Positions 62,529 to 64,000 of a stretch of DNA of 64,000 nucleotides are shown in pieces. The notes beneath the pieces were generated by a model. The model was not told where the DNA came from. It saw only the letters and a list, made by a program, of their open reading frames with translations, and did not search any database. The DNA lies in contig CAMRDW010000001.1 of the NCBI GenBank assembly GCA_947041315.1, forward strand, positions 840 through 64,839. The letters run 5' to 3'. A program made the translations under genes and the position numbers. Source of the DNA: an uncultured Enterovibrio sp. (GTDB lineage: Bacteria; Pseudomonadota; Gammaproteobacteria; Enterobacterales; Vibrionaceae). Each line of letters starts with the position of its first letter. Position 1 is the first letter of the stretch.

Positions 62529-63896
62529 TTAATACTCTCTCAGCGCGGAAAAAGCCGCATTAATTTTCATTTTATCTTTTATTCCAGGAGCGCTTTCAAC
62601 CCCTGAATTAAAATCAAGCCCTGCGCACCCTAATTGGGCGGCTTTTTGTGCATTTTCAGAGGAAAGTCCTCCTGCAATCATTAATTTCTCCGCATGCTCT
62701 AGGGGGATTAATGACCAGTTAAAGGGGTGTCCTGTTCCGCCTGATTGTGCTCCAATGCGACTGTCAAGAAGATTTCGGTCAACGTTGGGGTTTAAGCTTG
62801 GCGTTTCGTCAACAATACTTTGAGCTTTCCAAATTTGTGTATTTTTAGGTAGGGCGTTTCGAAGTGTTTCAATGTCCTTTTGGCTTTCTTCGCCATGAAG
62901 TTGAACCACGGAAAGATCCAAGCTTCTGACCAGCATGATGATCTCTTGTATATCGTTGTTTTGAAAAACACCAACATAAGATAAAGGTGCGGCTGTCATG
63001 ATGTTTCGCGCCCTATCAAGAGTGACAAAACGAGGCGATTTTTTCACAAAAATAAGTCCACCGTAGTTAGCTCCAGCATCATAGGCCACTTTTGCGTCTT
63101 CTTCTCTTGTCAAACCACAGATCTTGTTGTCGCCATAGATAATACGTTTCACTGCTTGATCTAATTGCGCTTGAGCCATCAAGGCGCTGCCAATTAAGAA
63201 GCCATTCACGAAAGGTGCAAGGGTACGAATATCTTGATGTGTATTGATGCCTGATTCTGAAATGATACAGGTTGTTTTAGGCAGCAAAGGGGCAAGGGTT
63301 TTGGTTCGGTTTAAATCGATGCTTAAATCTCGGAGATCCCGATTGTTTATACCAACCACTTCAGCTTTTAAATGGATGGCGCGATTGAGTTCACTTTGGT
63401 TACTGATTTCTGTCAAAATGCCTAAATGCAGTTTCCGAGCCAGATCAGCTAAAAGGCAGTATTGCTCATCAGAAAGCACAGAGAGCATCAATAAAATGGC
63501 ATCGGCTTGGTAATGGCGCGCTAAATATACTTGGTAGGGATCAATGATAAAATCTTTGCAAAGAACAGGGCAAGGAACCCTCGCTCGAACGCGAGGAATA
63601 AAATCGAGTTGTCCTTGAAAATATTTTTCGTCCGTTAAAACTGAAACGACAGCGGCATGTTTTGCGTAAATATCTGCAATTGCATCCAAATCAAAGTCGG
63701 CACGAATTAACCCTTTAGAAGGGGAGGCTTTTTTACATTCTAAAATGAATTTTGCAGGTGATTTTGATAACGCCTTCAGGAAATCACGGTCACTTGGGAT
63801 CAGGGTATCTATAAACCCGTCAAGCGGTTTTTTTATTTTTTGTTGCGTTAACCAGGCCACTTTGGATTCGATGATTTCTTCGAGTACTGTTTTCAT
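62529..63896 (-). CDS. trpC: Bifunctional IGP synthase / PRA isomerase (TrpCF)
   Basis: [25 protein letters not shown], then [21 protein letters not shown]. Confidence 0.96.
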   Translation of the reverse strand: MKTVLEEIIESKVAWLTQQKIKKPLDGFIDTLIPSDRDFLKALSKSPAKFILECKKASPSKGLIRADFDLDAIADIYAKHAAVVSVLTDEKYFQGQLDFIPRVRARVPCPVLCKDFIIDPYQVYLARHYQADAILLMLSVLSDEQYCLLADLARKLHLGILTEISNQSELNRAIHLKAEVVGINNRDLRDLSIDLNRTKTLAPLLPKTTCIISESGINTHQDIRTLAPFVNGFLIGSALMAQAQLDQAVKRIIYGDNKICGLTREEDAKVAYDAGANYGGLIFVKKSPRFVTLDRARNIMTAAPLSYVGVFQNNDIQEIIMLVRSLDLSVVQLHGEESQKDIETLRNALPKNTQIWKAQSIVDETPSLNPNVDRNLLDSRIGAQSGGTGHPFNWSLIPLEHAEKLMIAGGLSSENAQKAAQLGCAGLDFNSGVESAPGIKDKMKINAAFSALREY

Positions 63897-64000
63897 TTTG
63901 TGCTCCGTAAAGCCAATGCGTTGAGCAAGGCGTAAGGTTTGCCTGTTTTCATGATCTCTAAAGCATTTTGGGTGTTTTCTTTTAAATCTTCATGCCCAAA
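63893..64000 (-). CDS. trpD: Anthranilate phosphoribosyltransferase, 3' end (truncated by window)
   Basis: FGHEDLKENTQNALEIMKTGKPYALLNALA...*; ATGA overlap with trpC; operon position. Confidence 0.8.
   Translation of the reverse strand, partial: FGHEDLKENTQNALEIMKTGKPYALLNALALRSTK

Overview
Core chromosomal segment of a gammaproteobacterium, most likely Vibrionaceae (inferred from rhombosortase, AspS-type pilotin, TIGR01621 and TIGR02647 proteins, and a dinG-linked porin). About 59 apparently intact CDS: sigZ, ydjA, topB, a GAF-GGDEF cyclase, yfbR, alaA, menFDHBCE, ybaM-priC, dinG, apt-dnaX-ybaB-recR-htpG-adk-hemH-gsk, gltA/sdhCDAB-sucABCD, ppaC, yciIAB and the 3' part of the trp operon. I saw no transposase, integrase, tRNA, rRNA, CRISPR array or clear pseudogene. 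Main non-housekeeping signals: (1) more than 20 diverged copies or fragments of a ~127-bp TA-flanked ERIC-like MITE in the intergenic spaces; (2) a GyrI/cyclase/methyltransferase cluster (7.2-9.5 kb) with integron-cassette-like boundaries (GTTRRRY just upstream of starts, a half attC-like remnant), each junction occupied by an ERIC copy; (3) an unannotated 38-aa membrane-peptide ORF boxed between two ERICs; (4) a secreted, ~30% acidic protein with 13-aa repeats; (5) a dnaX gene with both a classic -1 frameshift signal and an 18-bp tandem repeat. All calls come from reading the sequence by eye; no database searches were run.
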